From Paraburkholderia sp. (GTDB taxonomy: Bacteria; Pseudomonadota; Gammaproteobacteria; Burkholderiales; Burkholderiaceae), in contig DASVNP010000467.1 of NCBI GenBank assembly GCA_036383775.1, positions 5,243-69,242 of the forward strand: a stretch of DNA of 64,000 bases. The letters run 5' to 3'. The notes beneath the pieces were generated by a model. That model did not search any database and was not told where the DNA came from. It saw nothing but the letters and a program-made list of their open reading frames with translations. A program made the position numbers and the translations under genes. Shown piece by piece: positions 48,597 to 58,525 of this stretch. Position 1 is the first letter of the stretch. Each line of letters begins with the position of its first letter.

Positions 48597-49631
48597 ATGG
48601 ATGCGGAAGACTTGCAAGTTTTGCGTAATTGCAGTTTATGGGCGTCTCAAAAGCATGAGGTTTTGCTCGTTACCGTAGTCAGGACGTGGGGATCTTCTCC
48701 GCGTCCGCCCGGCGCAATGATGGCCATTCGCGACGATGGACGCGTAACGGGTTCGGTGTCGGGGGGCTGTATCGAGGACGACTTGATCACCCACGTGCGC
48801 GAACGAAGCATCGAGGGACTTACGCCACGGAGTCTGCCTAAGGTTGTCTCTTACGGCATCAGCGCTGACGAGGCACATCGCTTTGGGCTGCCCTGCGGCG
48901 GAACACTTCAGCTGGTTCTCGAGCCCCTTTCTCGCATCAGTCGCATCGACGAATTGGTGGTCAGGCTGGACTCGCGGCGCCTGACGTGTCGGGCCTTGAA
49001 TCTGAAGACGGGTACGGTCGAATTGTCCGATGCGGATCGTGGGAATCGGCTCGAGCTCGCGGGGGACTTGCTCCAAACAGTCCTCGGTCCCCGGTATCGC
49101 CTCCTGGTCATTGGCGGCGGTCAGCTTTCGCGGTACCTCTGTGCAACGGCCATCGGGTTGGGCTTTGAGGTCACGGTTTGCGACCCCCGCACGGACTACC
49201 TCGATGATCATGAGTTTGGGTCCGTTTCGATCACACGAGACATGCCAGATGACGCGGTGCAGGCCTTTCAACCGGACGCTCAAACGGCGATTGTGGCGCT
49301 GACGCACGACCCCAAGCTCGACGATCTAGCGCTCATGGATGCCCTTAAGACGCCTGCCTTCTACGTAGGGGCGCTCGGCTCGAGATTAAACAACGCAAAT
49401 CGGCGAGCGCGCATGAAGGAACACTTCGAAATGACCGATGAGGAGTTGCAGAGACTCGATGGGCCTGCGGGAATCTACATCGGCAGTCGAACTCCAGCCG
49501 AAATTGCGCTGTCGATACTCGCCGCGATCGTTGCTGCCAAGAATGGCGTGAAAATACCTGAGCAGGTGATGGTGTCCTCGGCCAAGGAAGTCTCTTCGAT
49601 GGCCGCGCGGTTTGCCGTTTGCGGCATCTAG
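48597..49631 (+). CDS. xdhC: XdhC/CoxI family molybdoenzyme maturation factor
   Basis: TWGSSPRPPG, GSVSGGCIE, GLPCGG, LTHDPKLDD, YVGALGS, TPAEIALSI. Confidence 0.92.
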   Translation: MDAEDLQVLRNCSLWASQKHEVLLVTVVRTWGSSPRPPGAMMAIRDDGRVTGSVSGGCIEDDLITHVRERSIEGLTPRSLPKVVSYGISADEAHRFGLPCGGTLQLVLEPLSRISRIDELVVRLDSRRLTCRALNLKTGTVELSDADRGNRLELAGDLLQTVLGPRYRLLVIGGGQLSRYLCATAIGLGFEVTVCDPRTDYLDDHEFGSVSITRDMPDDAVQAFQPDAQTAIVALTHDPKLDDLALMDALKTPAFYVGALGSRLNNANRRARMKEHFEMTDEELQRLDGPAGIYIGSRTPAEIALSILAAIVAAKNGVKIPEQVMVSSAKEVSSMAARFAVCGI

Positions 49632-49663
49632 CGCGGCCTCGCTAACACACTGAACTCTCGCCT

Positions 49664-50332
49664 TCAGGTCACTACCTTCGCGATGGCAGCGCGAGGGTCA
49701 GGCCCGGCTGCGATCCCGCTCAGCATGGTCGATACCGAGAAGTTGATCATCTGCTGCACATCGACTTCGTGGCCAGGAAAGGGTACGCGCTGAGCCAGGA
49801 TTAGTGCGGCCAGTCCGTGTTCTACCGACCACGCGGCATGCAGGACGAGATTGAGATCTTTTTTAGCCCAACCCTTAGTCCGCGCAAAGTCGCACACGGC
49901 GGACGAGAATAGCTCGAACGATGCCACTGATGCAGCCACAAGATCCTCGTGTGCCGTGGCCGGGAGGCGTGAGCCCACCATAAGATCGAAGAGTCCCCTT
50001 TCGCGCTCGGCGAAGTGCACGTAGCACTGCATCATGCGGAAGACCTTGATCATCGGGTCGACCTTCGATGCGGCGATTTCGCGGCGCAGTGCCGCCAGTT
50101 CGTTGAATCCCTCGGTAGCGATCGCCGCCAGCAAGTGTTCCTTGCTCTCGAAGTGATACGACGGCGCTGCGATGGAGACGCCTACGGAGCGCGCGACATG
50201 CCGGAGGCTCAGTTCGTGCGCTCCGAGCTCGTCGAGCAGGCGCCGGCCTTCTGATATCAGCGCGTTACGCAGGTCGCCGTGATGATACGGAGTCGCTGTG
50301 GACTTGACAGCCCGAGTGCGTGGTCTTGTCAT
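49664..50332 (-). CDS. TetR/AcrR family regulator (WHG-type), paralog of 10524..11210
   Basis: YHHGDLRNALISEGRR...LSLRHVARSVGVSIAAPSYHF and AWSVEHG; start could be up to 50404. Confidence 0.92.
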   Translation of the reverse strand: MTRPRTRAVKSTATPYHHGDLRNALISEGRRLLDELGAHELSLRHVARSVGVSIAAPSYHFESKEHLLAAIATEGFNELAALRREIAASKVDPMIKVFRMMQCYVHFAERERGLFDLMVGSRLPATAHEDLVAASVASFELFSSAVCDFARTKGWAKKDLNLVLHAAWSVEHGLAALILAQRVPFPGHEVDVQQMINFSVSTMLSGIAAGPDPRAAIAKVVT

Positions 50333-50420
50333 TGAATGATACGAACGAATGGTTTTGTTGAGCCTGTTACGCGCTACACCGTCCGTGATCATATCAGTGC
50401 TCACGCCAAGCCTGTGATCT

Positions 50421-50439
50421 AACTTGGCAAAGATAAGAT
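50421..50439. promoter_or_regulatory. Putative TetR operator, copy 4
   Basis: AACTTGGCAAAGATAAGAT upstream of the second TetR gene. Confidence 0.55.
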
Positions 50440-50578
50440 AAACTCATACTCACGCGAGAGAGGCTCGCGCGTAATGGCGAAGCGTTCACCCTGAATTCGT
50501 CGGCGCGGGTCATTGGAGTGGGCGAAGAACCGGTCAGAACCCCATGGATCGCGCGCGACCCCGTTCCTTACCGTCGAT

Positions 50579-51769
50579 TTACGAGCCGGGCGCCGCTTTC
50601 GTCGGTTGACGATCCGGTTGCGAAATTCGCTGGTATGCGCATTCGGCAACAAAAAATCCCACCGTTATGAATGCCGCGCCGACGAGGCCAAGGAAGTGGC
50701 GATCGAACCAGGTGATGACCGCTCCGCCTATAACCCCTGACATTGATACGCCGGTATAGATGGCGGTCGAGTTCAGGCCCAACAGCACCGGCGCAGCAAC
50801 GGGTGCGATGCTGATGAGGCGGTGCTGCTGCGGCACGAGCAGGCCCCAGCCGCACATGCCCCAGACGACGAGGGCGGGTGCGGCGGTCGCGAGCGACGCC
50901 GAGGTCCAGGGCAGCAGCGCAAAGTCCAAAGCGACGATGGCGATGGCCACGTTGATGATGCGGCGGCTCCCAAAGTGATCAGTCAAGCGACCGGCGGCGA
51001 GATTGCCAACCGTAGCGGCCACGCCCCAGAGCAGTAGTAAACCGGCGAGCACGCGCGCGTCACCGCCGGTGGCGCGGTCGAAGGTCAGGCCGATGTACGT
51101 GTAGGTCAGAAAGAGGCCCGTATACACGAGCCAAGTGGTCAGGAGCGTGAGCAGCACGGGTGTATCGCCGAGCGGCGCGAGCCTGCGCTCGAGACTGACG
51201 GCCGGCGCAGTCGGGATGTCTCGCAGGCGCCACGTCACGCCCAGCGCGGCCACAGCGCCGATCGCGGCGACGAACCACATCGTCGCGCGCCAGTCCAGCC
51301 ACCCCCCAATGAAGGTGCCGAGCGGGGCGCCTAGCGCTGTCGCACTGGACAGGCCGGCGATCACGACGGCGAGCGCTCGGCCACGCTGCTCGGGCGGCAC
51401 CAGCGAAGCACCGGTGGCGGTTGCCGTCGGACTGAACATGGCCGCACCGAGGCCGGCCAGCAACCGGCTCCCGAGCACGAGCCCGATACTCGGCGCCAAG
51501 GCGGTTATAACATTGGCGAGCACGAAGACTGCGAGCCCTGTGAGTAGCAGTCGCTTGCGCGGCCATTGCGCTGCTGCCGCGGCGATAACAGGCGACAGCA
51601 GCGCGTAGCTCAACGCGTACAGCGTGACCATCTGCCCGGCGAGCGCTACGGGCACGCGAAGGGAGGCGGAAACCTGCGGAAGCACACCGGCGACCACGAA
51701 GCTGTCGGTGCCGATTGCGAACATGCCGCAAGCTAGAACGAGGAGGCGTCTATCCATCGAGAAATCCAT
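50579..51769 (-). CDS. MFS transporter (efflux-type)
   Basis: About 12 hydrophobic segments; FAIGTDSFVVAGVLP, RGRALAVV and GRLTDHFG motifs. Confidence 0.9.
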   Translation of the reverse strand: MDFSMDRRLLVLACGMFAIGTDSFVVAGVLPQVSASLRVPVALAGQMVTLYALSYALLSPVIAAAAAQWPRKRLLLTGLAVFVLANVITALAPSIGLVLGSRLLAGLGAAMFSPTATATGASLVPPEQRGRALAVVIAGLSSATALGAPLGTFIGGWLDWRATMWFVAAIGAVAALGVTWRLRDIPTAPAVSLERRLAPLGDTPVLLTLLTTWLVYTGLFLTYTYIGLTFDRATGGDARVLAGLLLLWGVAATVGNLAAGRLTDHFGSRRIINVAIAIVALDFALLPWTSASLATAAPALVVWGMCGWGLLVPQQHRLISIAPVAAPVLLGLNSTAIYTGVSMSGVIGGAVITWFDRHFLGLVGAAFITVGFFVAECAYQRISQPDRQPTKAAPGS

Positions 51770-51882
51770 CGGGGCGTCCGACCGCGAGCGGGCCGTGGCC
51801 AGTAAGAAACAAATAAGTTTCGTGATGAAACTTACGGACGACAGCGGCGTGCCGACCAACAACGAAAATTTCTTGCGCTTTG

Positions 51883-53439
51883 TCAGACGTTTAAGAGCTT
51901 GAACATGGATACGGCCTCCTTCAGGCTCACCGCTTGGGACGAGAGTGACTGCGCGGCGCTAGCCGCTTCTTCGACGAGGGCGGCGTTGTGCTGGGTCACT
52001 TCGTCCATCTGTGTAACAGCCTGATTGATCTGCTCGATGCCGCGGCTTTGCTCTTCGGATGCAGTCGCGATGCCGCCTACAAAATCGGATACTCTCGCAA
52101 TTGCATTTTTAAGTTCCAGAATCGTCGTCGCGACGTGCGCAGAGTCATCGACGCTCCGCTCGATCACCGCTACGGATGAGGCAATCAGTTCGGAAATGTC
52201 CTTCGCGGCAGTCGCCGAGCGTTGGGCAAGGCTGCGAACCTCGCTAGCTACCACGGCAAAGCCACGCCCGTGCTCGCCAGCGCGGGCGGCCTCAACGGCC
52301 GCGTTGAGCGCAAGGATGTTGGTCTGGAAGGCAATTCCTTCAATAAGGCCCGTGATCTCGCCAATCTTGGCCGAGCCACTACCGATGTCCTTTATTGCTT
52401 GGACCAGGCCTTGAACGGCTTCATTTCCAGCGTCGGCCATCTGGGCGGCATAGACTGCTGAACTATTCGCCTCCCTCGCGTTGTCGGTGTTCTGATTGAC
52501 GGCCTGTGTCAACTGCGCCATGCTTGCGGCCGTCTCTTCGAGGGATGCTGCTTGGCGCTCTGTGCGCTCGGACAAATGTGCATTGCCGCCTGCAATCTCG
52601 TTCGATCCTCGGTTGACGTCCTGAACGACCCGTGCCACGTTTCTTACGAGACTCGACAGACCGACCGTGATGCCGTTCAATGCCTCGAGGATTTCTCCTA
52701 CTTCGTCGTTCCGCGACAGCGGCTCCTGTTCGGTCAAGTCGCCTTTGGCCAGGCGCTGCGCCGCTGTTTGCGCGCGACGTAGGGAGACACTCACTTTGCT
52801 CTCGACAAGCCAATAGACCCAGGCACCGGTCAGAGTCAGCATTGTCAGTCCCAATACTGCCGAAGGAAACGCTGGAGGTCGCATGCTGACAGGCGCCCAC
52901 ATGGCGAATGCAGTGGCAGTCCCTCCCGTGAGCATTCCGAGCCACGCAGTGACAGCGAAACTGATCTGGAGCGCCAGACGCGGCCCTTTTTTTGTGCTCA
53001 TGCCAACACCGATGGCGCCAACGACCGATCCATGCGCATCCACAAGAGGCATGTAGAGGATGGCCAGCTTCATGTCGGAGAGGGACGTGTACCCAAAATA
53101 ATGGCGCCCGGAGGAGAGGGCCCGGTTTGCCGGATTCGTCGGCTCGAGGTCGACGCCGAGCAAGCGCTTGCCGTTAGGAAGAATGGAAGTAGTGACCCGG
53201 ACGAACGAATCACCGTTCCGGACGAAGATGGACCCTCCATAGCCGGTCCGAGATCTGAAGTCATCCAGTATCTCGTGCGCGAGATTGACGGTGCGGCCGC
53301 CGTTCTTTAACACGGGCGTTTGCTTGCCGACTACGTCAACCCAAGCTGATTCATCCAGAGAGAAAACTGGCTCATATTGCGAAATCAAGCTTTTATGGAG
53401 GCGTCGAAGCAGCGCTTCTTCTGAAAACAGCTTCATCAT
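51883..53439 (-). CDS. Methyl-accepting chemotaxis protein with N-terminal Cache-like domain
   Basis: IFVRNGDSFVRVTTSI (Cache 3/Cache 2 fusion-like), two hydrophobic segments, HAMP, and IAFQTNILALNAAVEAARAGEHGRGFAVVASEVR. Confidence 0.92.
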   Translation of the reverse strand: MMKLFSEEALLRRLHKSLISQYEPVFSLDESAWVDVVGKQTPVLKNGGRTVNLAHEILDDFRSRTGYGGSIFVRNGDSFVRVTTSILPNGKRLLGVDLEPTNPANRALSSGRHYFGYTSLSDMKLAILYMPLVDAHGSVVGAIGVGMSTKKGPRLALQISFAVTAWLGMLTGGTATAFAMWAPVSMRPPAFPSAVLGLTMLTLTGAWVYWLVESKVSVSLRRAQTAAQRLAKGDLTEQEPLSRNDEVGEILEALNGITVGLSSLVRNVARVVQDVNRGSNEIAGGNAHLSERTERQAASLEETAASMAQLTQAVNQNTDNAREANSSAVYAAQMADAGNEAVQGLVQAIKDIGSGSAKIGEITGLIEGIAFQTNILALNAAVEAARAGEHGRGFAVVASEVRSLAQRSATAAKDISELIASSVAVIERSVDDSAHVATTILELKNAIARVSDFVGGIATASEEQSRGIEQINQAVTQMDEVTQHNAALVEEAASAAQSLSSQAVSLKEAVSMFKLLNV

Positions 53440-53644
53440 TGTTCTGTGGCACCTCTTGAAATTTTTTAACGCTGATGTTTGCTAGCTCCAACTTATCGTG
53501 GGTTGCCCGGCAGCACCGAGAGATGCGTGGCCGGGTAGCGGTGTACTCTCGTACCCACGATTCGCTGCAGATCGATCACGGGGCGCTCAGCGGCGCGCGT
53601 CGCCCTCCACGCGAAACTTGGTACCTCTCCTCTTAGACCACAAA

Positions 53645-53662
53645 ACACGGGCATATGAGACT
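53645..53662. promoter_or_regulatory. Putative MarR operator, copy 2
   Basis: ACACGGGCATATGAGACT upstream of the MCP gene. Confidence 0.55.
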
Positions 53663-53963
53663 AATACTATGCCGGAAATGTGGAACCACGCAACACAATT
53701 GGACAGACTCTGGACGAGGACGATGGCCGCATCATGGTAGGGCCGACACAGCTGCGTTCCTGACCGTCAGTCATCTGGTTCTTATGGAATGAGATCAGGC
53801 GTACCGCAGTTTCGGTCTGCTGCGCGAGAATGTCCTCGGTGTCGGCGAGTGCCGTTGCGGCCATAGTCGTGACGTGAACGCTGCGTCAAGCATTCTCCGA
53901 TGCAGGCGTGCATTACCAGCAATCCGCGGCCTTTATGCTGGCCGGGAGGAGAACAACACAATC

Positions 53964-55028
53964 TTACCTATCAGCCAACGGAGGGTAGTCGTTGTACCCG
54001 GTTTCGTCATCTGCATATATCGTTTGGGCATTGACGGTGTTGAGCGGTGCGCGGCGCCGGAACCTCTCCACCAAGTCGGGGTTGGCGATAAAGGGACGCC
54101 CGAATGCGGCAGCGTCCGCCTCGCCGCGTTCGATGGCCTGCTGCGCGCGTTCCTTGGTAAGCCCCTCATTGACGATGTACGCGCCTTTGAAGATGCGTCT
54201 CACGTCGTGCCCGATTTGCTGTGCACCCCGATCGAGAGCTTCTCGTGCAAAGATAAACGCGATATCGCGGATGTTCAGTTGCTCGGCCGTATAGGTGAAT
54301 AATTGGCGCGGATTCGAATCGTGCATGGAGTTCGAACTCGACATTAGATTCAGATGCACACCCACTCGGCCGGCCGGCCAAACTGTAAGTATCGCATCCA
54401 CCGCCTCCAGCATAAAGCGAACGCGGTTCTCAATCGATCCGCCGTAGCGATCGGTACGCTTGTTCGAACCGTCATGCATGAACTGATCGAACAAATATCC
54501 GTTGGCCGCGTGAAGCTCCACGCCATCGAAGCCGGCACGCTTAGCGTTTGCCGCAGCGACTCGAAAACTCTCCGTGATCCCAGCGATCTCGTTTGTCTCT
54601 AGTGCCCGTGGCACCGAATACGGGCGTTGAGGTCGCAGGATGCTGACCTGGCCTTCGGGCGCAATCGCACTAGGGGCGACAGGAAGTTTGCCGTTATGAA
54701 ACGTTGGGTCCGAGACTCTTCCCACGTGCCAAAGCTGACAGACGATGAGGCCGCCTGCGTTGTGTACCGCGGAAGTGACCGCTGCCCACCCGTTAATCTG
54801 CCGTTCGGACCAAATACCTGGTGTGTTTGGGTAACCAACCCCTTGCGGAATGACCGAGGTGGCTTCGGTGATGACGAGTCCAGCACTGGCCCGCTGAGCA
54901 TAGTGGTCTACGTTGATCTGGCCGGGGCTGCGTTCGTCAAAGGCGCGCATCCGGGTGAGCGGCGCCATCACGATGCGATTTGGCAGTTTCAAAGCACCGA
55001 TCTGAATTGGGTCAAAAAGCGTCGGCAT
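53964..55028 (-). CDS. Alkene reductase (old yellow enzyme, NemA/XenB-like)
   Basis: NRIVMAPLTRMR, QLWHVGR, ELHAANGYL, NKRTDRYGGSIENR, FGRPFIANPDL. Confidence 0.95.
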   Translation of the reverse strand: MPTLFDPIQIGALKLPNRIVMAPLTRMRAFDERSPGQINVDHYAQRASAGLVITEATSVIPQGVGYPNTPGIWSERQINGWAAVTSAVHNAGGLIVCQLWHVGRVSDPTFHNGKLPVAPSAIAPEGQVSILRPQRPYSVPRALETNEIAGITESFRVAAANAKRAGFDGVELHAANGYLFDQFMHDGSNKRTDRYGGSIENRVRFMLEAVDAILTVWPAGRVGVHLNLMSSSNSMHDSNPRQLFTYTAEQLNIRDIAFIFAREALDRGAQQIGHDVRRIFKGAYIVNEGLTKERAQQAIERGEADAAAFGRPFIANPDLVERFRRRAPLNTVNAQTIYADDETGYNDYPPLADR

Positions 55029-55153
55029 GAGTATTCCCGTTTCGTCATAGAGTTAGAAACCGTTAAGCATTGCGCCCGAAAAGACGAATCCCACGGTTGC
55101 GCCGCGATGCCGCCAAGTTCGACAAGAGGTTAACACCGTTCAGAATTACTTAA

Positions 55154-55192
55154 AGTCTCATATGCGCATATTATAGTCTCACATGCTTGTAG
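55154..55192. promoter_or_regulatory. Putative MarR operators, tandem copies 3 and 4
   Basis: AGTCTCATATGCGCATAT (55154-55171, reverse complement of the 37521 motif with one mismatch) and AGTCTCACATGC (55175-55186). Confidence 0.6.
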
Positions 55193-55351
55193 ATCGGTAA
55201 GAGAAGCCTGCCCTTGTTGATCGGGAGTAGGGGGAATTTCAGGTCGATGGAGGCGAAGTGTTGAGCGGAGCGCGTGGTTCTTCATGTCCGAAGAGGGCGC
55301 TTTGCCGAAGTGCGCCGTCCTCTGTCCACATTGATGGACACGCCAGGCGTC

Positions 55352-55807
55352 TCAAGATTCGAGGTGCTGCTCCGTGGCGCGATCAAGCATGTGCCGCAAT
55401 TGCGCCGACCGAGTCTTTCCGAATCCCGACTCGAAGCGATCTTGCGCCAGCATCCAGTGCGGGTGCGCCTCCAAGATTTTGGCAATTCCAGCCTTGGTGA
55501 CGCTGATCAACCGGGCACGGCGGTCCGTATTGTCGACAGCGATTGTGATGTAACCGTCGCGTTCAAGCGGCTTCAGATTGTGTCCGATCGTGGCACGGTC
55601 CATCGCAAGCAGTTCGGCGAGCGCCATCATCCGTAGTGGCCCGTGCTGTCTAAAGAGATAGCCCAGGATCGTAAATTGGTTCGTGTTTATCCCGGTGGGA
55701 GCAAGGTACTCGTCGTACAAACGTGTTACAACGCGAGCGGCACGCCGCAGGCGCGCGCAGTTGCAGTGCAACGGTGTGTCAGGATCGATTTCGTTTCTCT
55801 TGGTCAT
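55352..55807 (-). CDS. MarR family regulator
   Basis: CNCARLRRAARVVTRLYDEYL...MDRATIGHNLKPLERDG...DRRARLISVT. Confidence 0.92.
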   Translation of the reverse strand: MTKRNEIDPDTPLHCNCARLRRAARVVTRLYDEYLAPTGINTNQFTILGYLFRQHGPLRMMALAELLAMDRATIGHNLKPLERDGYITIAVDNTDRRARLISVTKAGIAKILEAHPHWMLAQDRFESGFGKTRSAQLRHMLDRATEQHLES

Positions 55808-56314
55808 TGATGAAGATTCATTGGGAAGCAGCAAGCGCGGACTGGCATCGACCGCGGTGGGCTCGGTGCCGCCACGATGCTGTCATCTTTCCTCCACAAC
55901 GTCAAAAGCGTTGCGTAGCTTGCGTTTCCGGAAAATGTTGGTCTCGTATGATAGTATTATTCGGATTGTTGGTCGAGCGAAGGCGAAGAGATGAGGGTGC
56001 GAATGGGCGCTAATGGCCGAGCAGGTGCCTGCCCGACTGAAGCCGTCTCGCAATGCTGCTACCATCAACGCCGAGAACCAGCAGCGGTTGCGCATGTAGG
56101 AAGTCACGCCGCGCTTCGGTAATAGCGGCGTGGATACGAACTGTCGCGGAGTCCGGGTGGCGCGCCGGCGAAGATCTTAGGCACCGGCTTTCTGCCGATA
56201 ATTGCAATTTAACGACCATGCTGGCGATATGCGGCAAGCACGGAGCGCTCGCCGGGCGGGAAGTTTCTGATCGGGGCGCGGCCTGGCAGTCCAGACAGCG
56301 AGCGCCCCGGGTCA

Positions 56315-57061
56315 CTACTTCAGCGGACTCAGCGAACGATTCATCGCGACGACGTCCTCATGGCTCGGGCTGGCCCCCAGCTTCGCAAAATGCTCTGGCA
56401 TCTGGTCGCGCTTCTCGGCGGCTTGCCCTTTAATTGCTGCGGCAAGTGCTCGGCGCATTGTTTCGGCGTCATAGTCGCAGCAATACGCCGGCGTGTTGGG
56501 CTGTTGGCGCCACGAATCCTCGAGTGAGCCTGCATCGACGGGATCAAAACCGGCCTGATTGACAAGCGACATCACGATCTGTTTCGATCGAGGGTCGTCT
56601 CCGGCCACGGCCATGGCCAAACGACCCGGATGGCCATCCGGTAGGCCAAGCGTCTGCAGCGAGTACGCCAACACATTGTTGAACGCCTTAATCACGGGCC
56701 GCCCGAGTTGCCGGGAAACCCATACGCTTTCTGTCATCCCGTCGTCAATCTCTGGGATCCGGGCGTCACGGAGGCCCGGATAGTAATTGCTCGTGTCGAC
56801 GACGGGTACGTCCTGCGGCACGGCATTGAGCAGATCGGAGGGTAGTTCGCTAACTGCTGGTAGCGGGATGGAGAGTACGATGGCGTCGACGCCATCGACC
56901 GCGCCGTAGATATCCGCCGCTCTGGCGCCGATCTCGTCCGCAAATTTGTGCACGCCTTCCAAGCCATCTGCGTTTGCGACACATACGTCGTGCCCTGCTG
57001 CTTTCATTTTGCGTGCGATGGTGCCGCCAATGTTACCGGTTCCGATGATCCCAATCTTCAC
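56315..57061 (-). CDS. NADP oxidoreductase (F420-dependent NADP reductase family)
   Basis: KIGIIGTGNIG, DTSNYYP, VIKAFNN, SWRQQP.TPAY. Confidence 0.88.
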   Translation of the reverse strand: MKIGIIGTGNIGGTIARKMKAAGHDVCVANADGLEGVHKFADEIGARAADIYGAVDGVDAIVLSIPLPAVSELPSDLLNAVPQDVPVVDTSNYYPGLRDARIPEIDDGMTESVWVSRQLGRPVIKAFNNVLAYSLQTLGLPDGHPGRLAMAVAGDDPRSKQIVMSLVNQAGFDPVDAGSLEDSWRQQPNTPAYCCDYDAETMRRALAAAIKGQAAEKRDQMPEHFAKLGASPSHEDVVAMNRSLSPLK

Positions 57062-57157
57062 GACAGCTCCTTGTCTGACTACATTGTTGAACTACGATTT
57101 TAGGTGGTTCATGTCATAATGGTAAGTACATACCAAAAAGTAAGTAACTAACCTGCT

Positions 57158-57544
57158 ATGCCGACAGATCGCGACTGGAAGTGCAACGATCCGCAGAAGA
57201 GAATCGAATGGGCTGCTGCGACGACAGAGGCTCTCCGTGTCCTCGAAGGGAAATGGAAGATCATCATCCTGTGTCAACTCTTCGCTGCAAAAGGCCCGCT
57301 ACGGTTCTCTGAGTTGGAGCGGTTGATTGAAGGAGTTAACCAGAAGATGCTCATTCAACAGCTCAAGCAGTTGGAAAAAGATGACATCGTCCGACGAACG
57401 GTATATCCCCAGGTGCCCCCGAAGGTCATGTACGAACTAACCGAAGCCGGGTTTGCACTAGGACCATCGATCGAGGCCCTAATCGATTGGGCGGAATCGA
57501 CGCGCCTACATGCAGTTCAAGCGCGCCCTGGCGCAGACGCATGA
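57158..57544 (+). CDS. HxlR family regulator
   Basis: LEGKWKIIIL, RFSELER, QKMLIQQLKQLE, YPQVPPKVMYELT; divergent from the oxidoreductase, with a CATACCAAAAAGTAAG site between them. Confidence 0.92.
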   Translation: MPTDRDWKCNDPQKRIEWAAATTEALRVLEGKWKIIILCQLFAAKGPLRFSELERLIEGVNQKMLIQQLKQLEKDDIVRRTVYPQVPPKVMYELTEAGFALGPSIEALIDWAESTRLHAVQARPGADA

Positions 57545-57574
57545 TTGTCACCGTAGGGGGGCTTGGCTGCGCAG

Positions 57575-58525
57575 TCATTGCCCGACGGCGGACGCGGCTG
57601 ACGACTGAACGATCATTCTGACGAAGTCGGCGATGTCTTCCATTGCGTTAACGGAGTGATGCAAGCCCCCATCCATCGTCAGAAAACCGTGGATCGTGCC
57701 GTCGTAGCGCTTGACACGCGTTGGCACTCCGGCTTCGGAAAGCCTTTGCGCATATTGCTCGCCCTCTGCACAAAGCAAGTCATACTCAGCAGTCAGAACG
57801 AACGCTGGCGGCAAGTTGCGCAAGTTCACAGCGTGCAAAGGTGCGAACCGTGGGTTTCGCCGCTGTGGTTTCTCCGGGATATATTGATCGAAAAACCATG
57901 CGATCTCATCTCGAGTCAGAAACGGTGGCTCGAACTCGCGCATGGATTCGGAATCGATGTCGCCGGCTACGCTCGGATAGATGAGAATCTGCGCGGCGAT
58001 TGTCGGTCCCGCAGTATCTCGGGCAAGCTGCGATACCACAGCAGCAAGATTACCGCCCGCACTATCGCCCGCCACGATCATCGGCACCGTCTTCCCGGCG
58101 ACGCCCTCGATATTGTTTGCTGCCCAGCACAGCGCAGTGTAAGCATCGTCGACGGCGGCCGGAAACGGGTGTTCAGGAGCGAGTCGGTAGTCGACCGATA
58201 CGATCGCGCAGTTTGTGCGGGTGGTCAGCTTTTGGAGGACCGCATCGTAATCCTCAAGCGTCCCTACGGTCCAGCCGCCGCCGTGGTAATACACCATTAG
58301 CGCCGTCGGCTGCTCGCGAGGCAGATACGTTTTGACAGGAATTGCCCCGTACACTGTGGGCGCCGCGCGGTCCTTGGTGCTACACGGCTCGGACCCGTGC
58401 AGCGCGCGAGCGCTGAGGCTCCTTGTTAGCTCTCGAAGGTCGGCGACAGAAATGCCGCCGACCTTCGGGATACCGGCGGCAGCCATTGCGTCGAGAAGTT
58501 CTTGTACACGAGGATCAAGCGGCAT
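57575..58525 (-). CDS. Family IV (HSL-like) esterase/lipase
   Basis: YHGGGW, DYRLAPEHPFPAA, GDSAGG, EYDLL, IHGF. Confidence 0.93.
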   Translation of the reverse strand: MPLDPRVQELLDAMAAAGIPKVGGISVADLRELTRSLSARALHGSEPCSTKDRAAPTVYGAIPVKTYLPREQPTALMVYYHGGGWTVGTLEDYDAVLQKLTTRTNCAIVSVDYRLAPEHPFPAAVDDAYTALCWAANNIEGVAGKTVPMIVAGDSAGGNLAAVVSQLARDTAGPTIAAQILIYPSVAGDIDSESMREFEPPFLTRDEIAWFFDQYIPEKPQRRNPRFAPLHAVNLRNLPPAFVLTAEYDLLCAEGEQYAQRLSEAGVPTRVKRYDGTIHGFLTMDGGLHHSVNAMEDIADFVRMIVQSSAASAVGQ

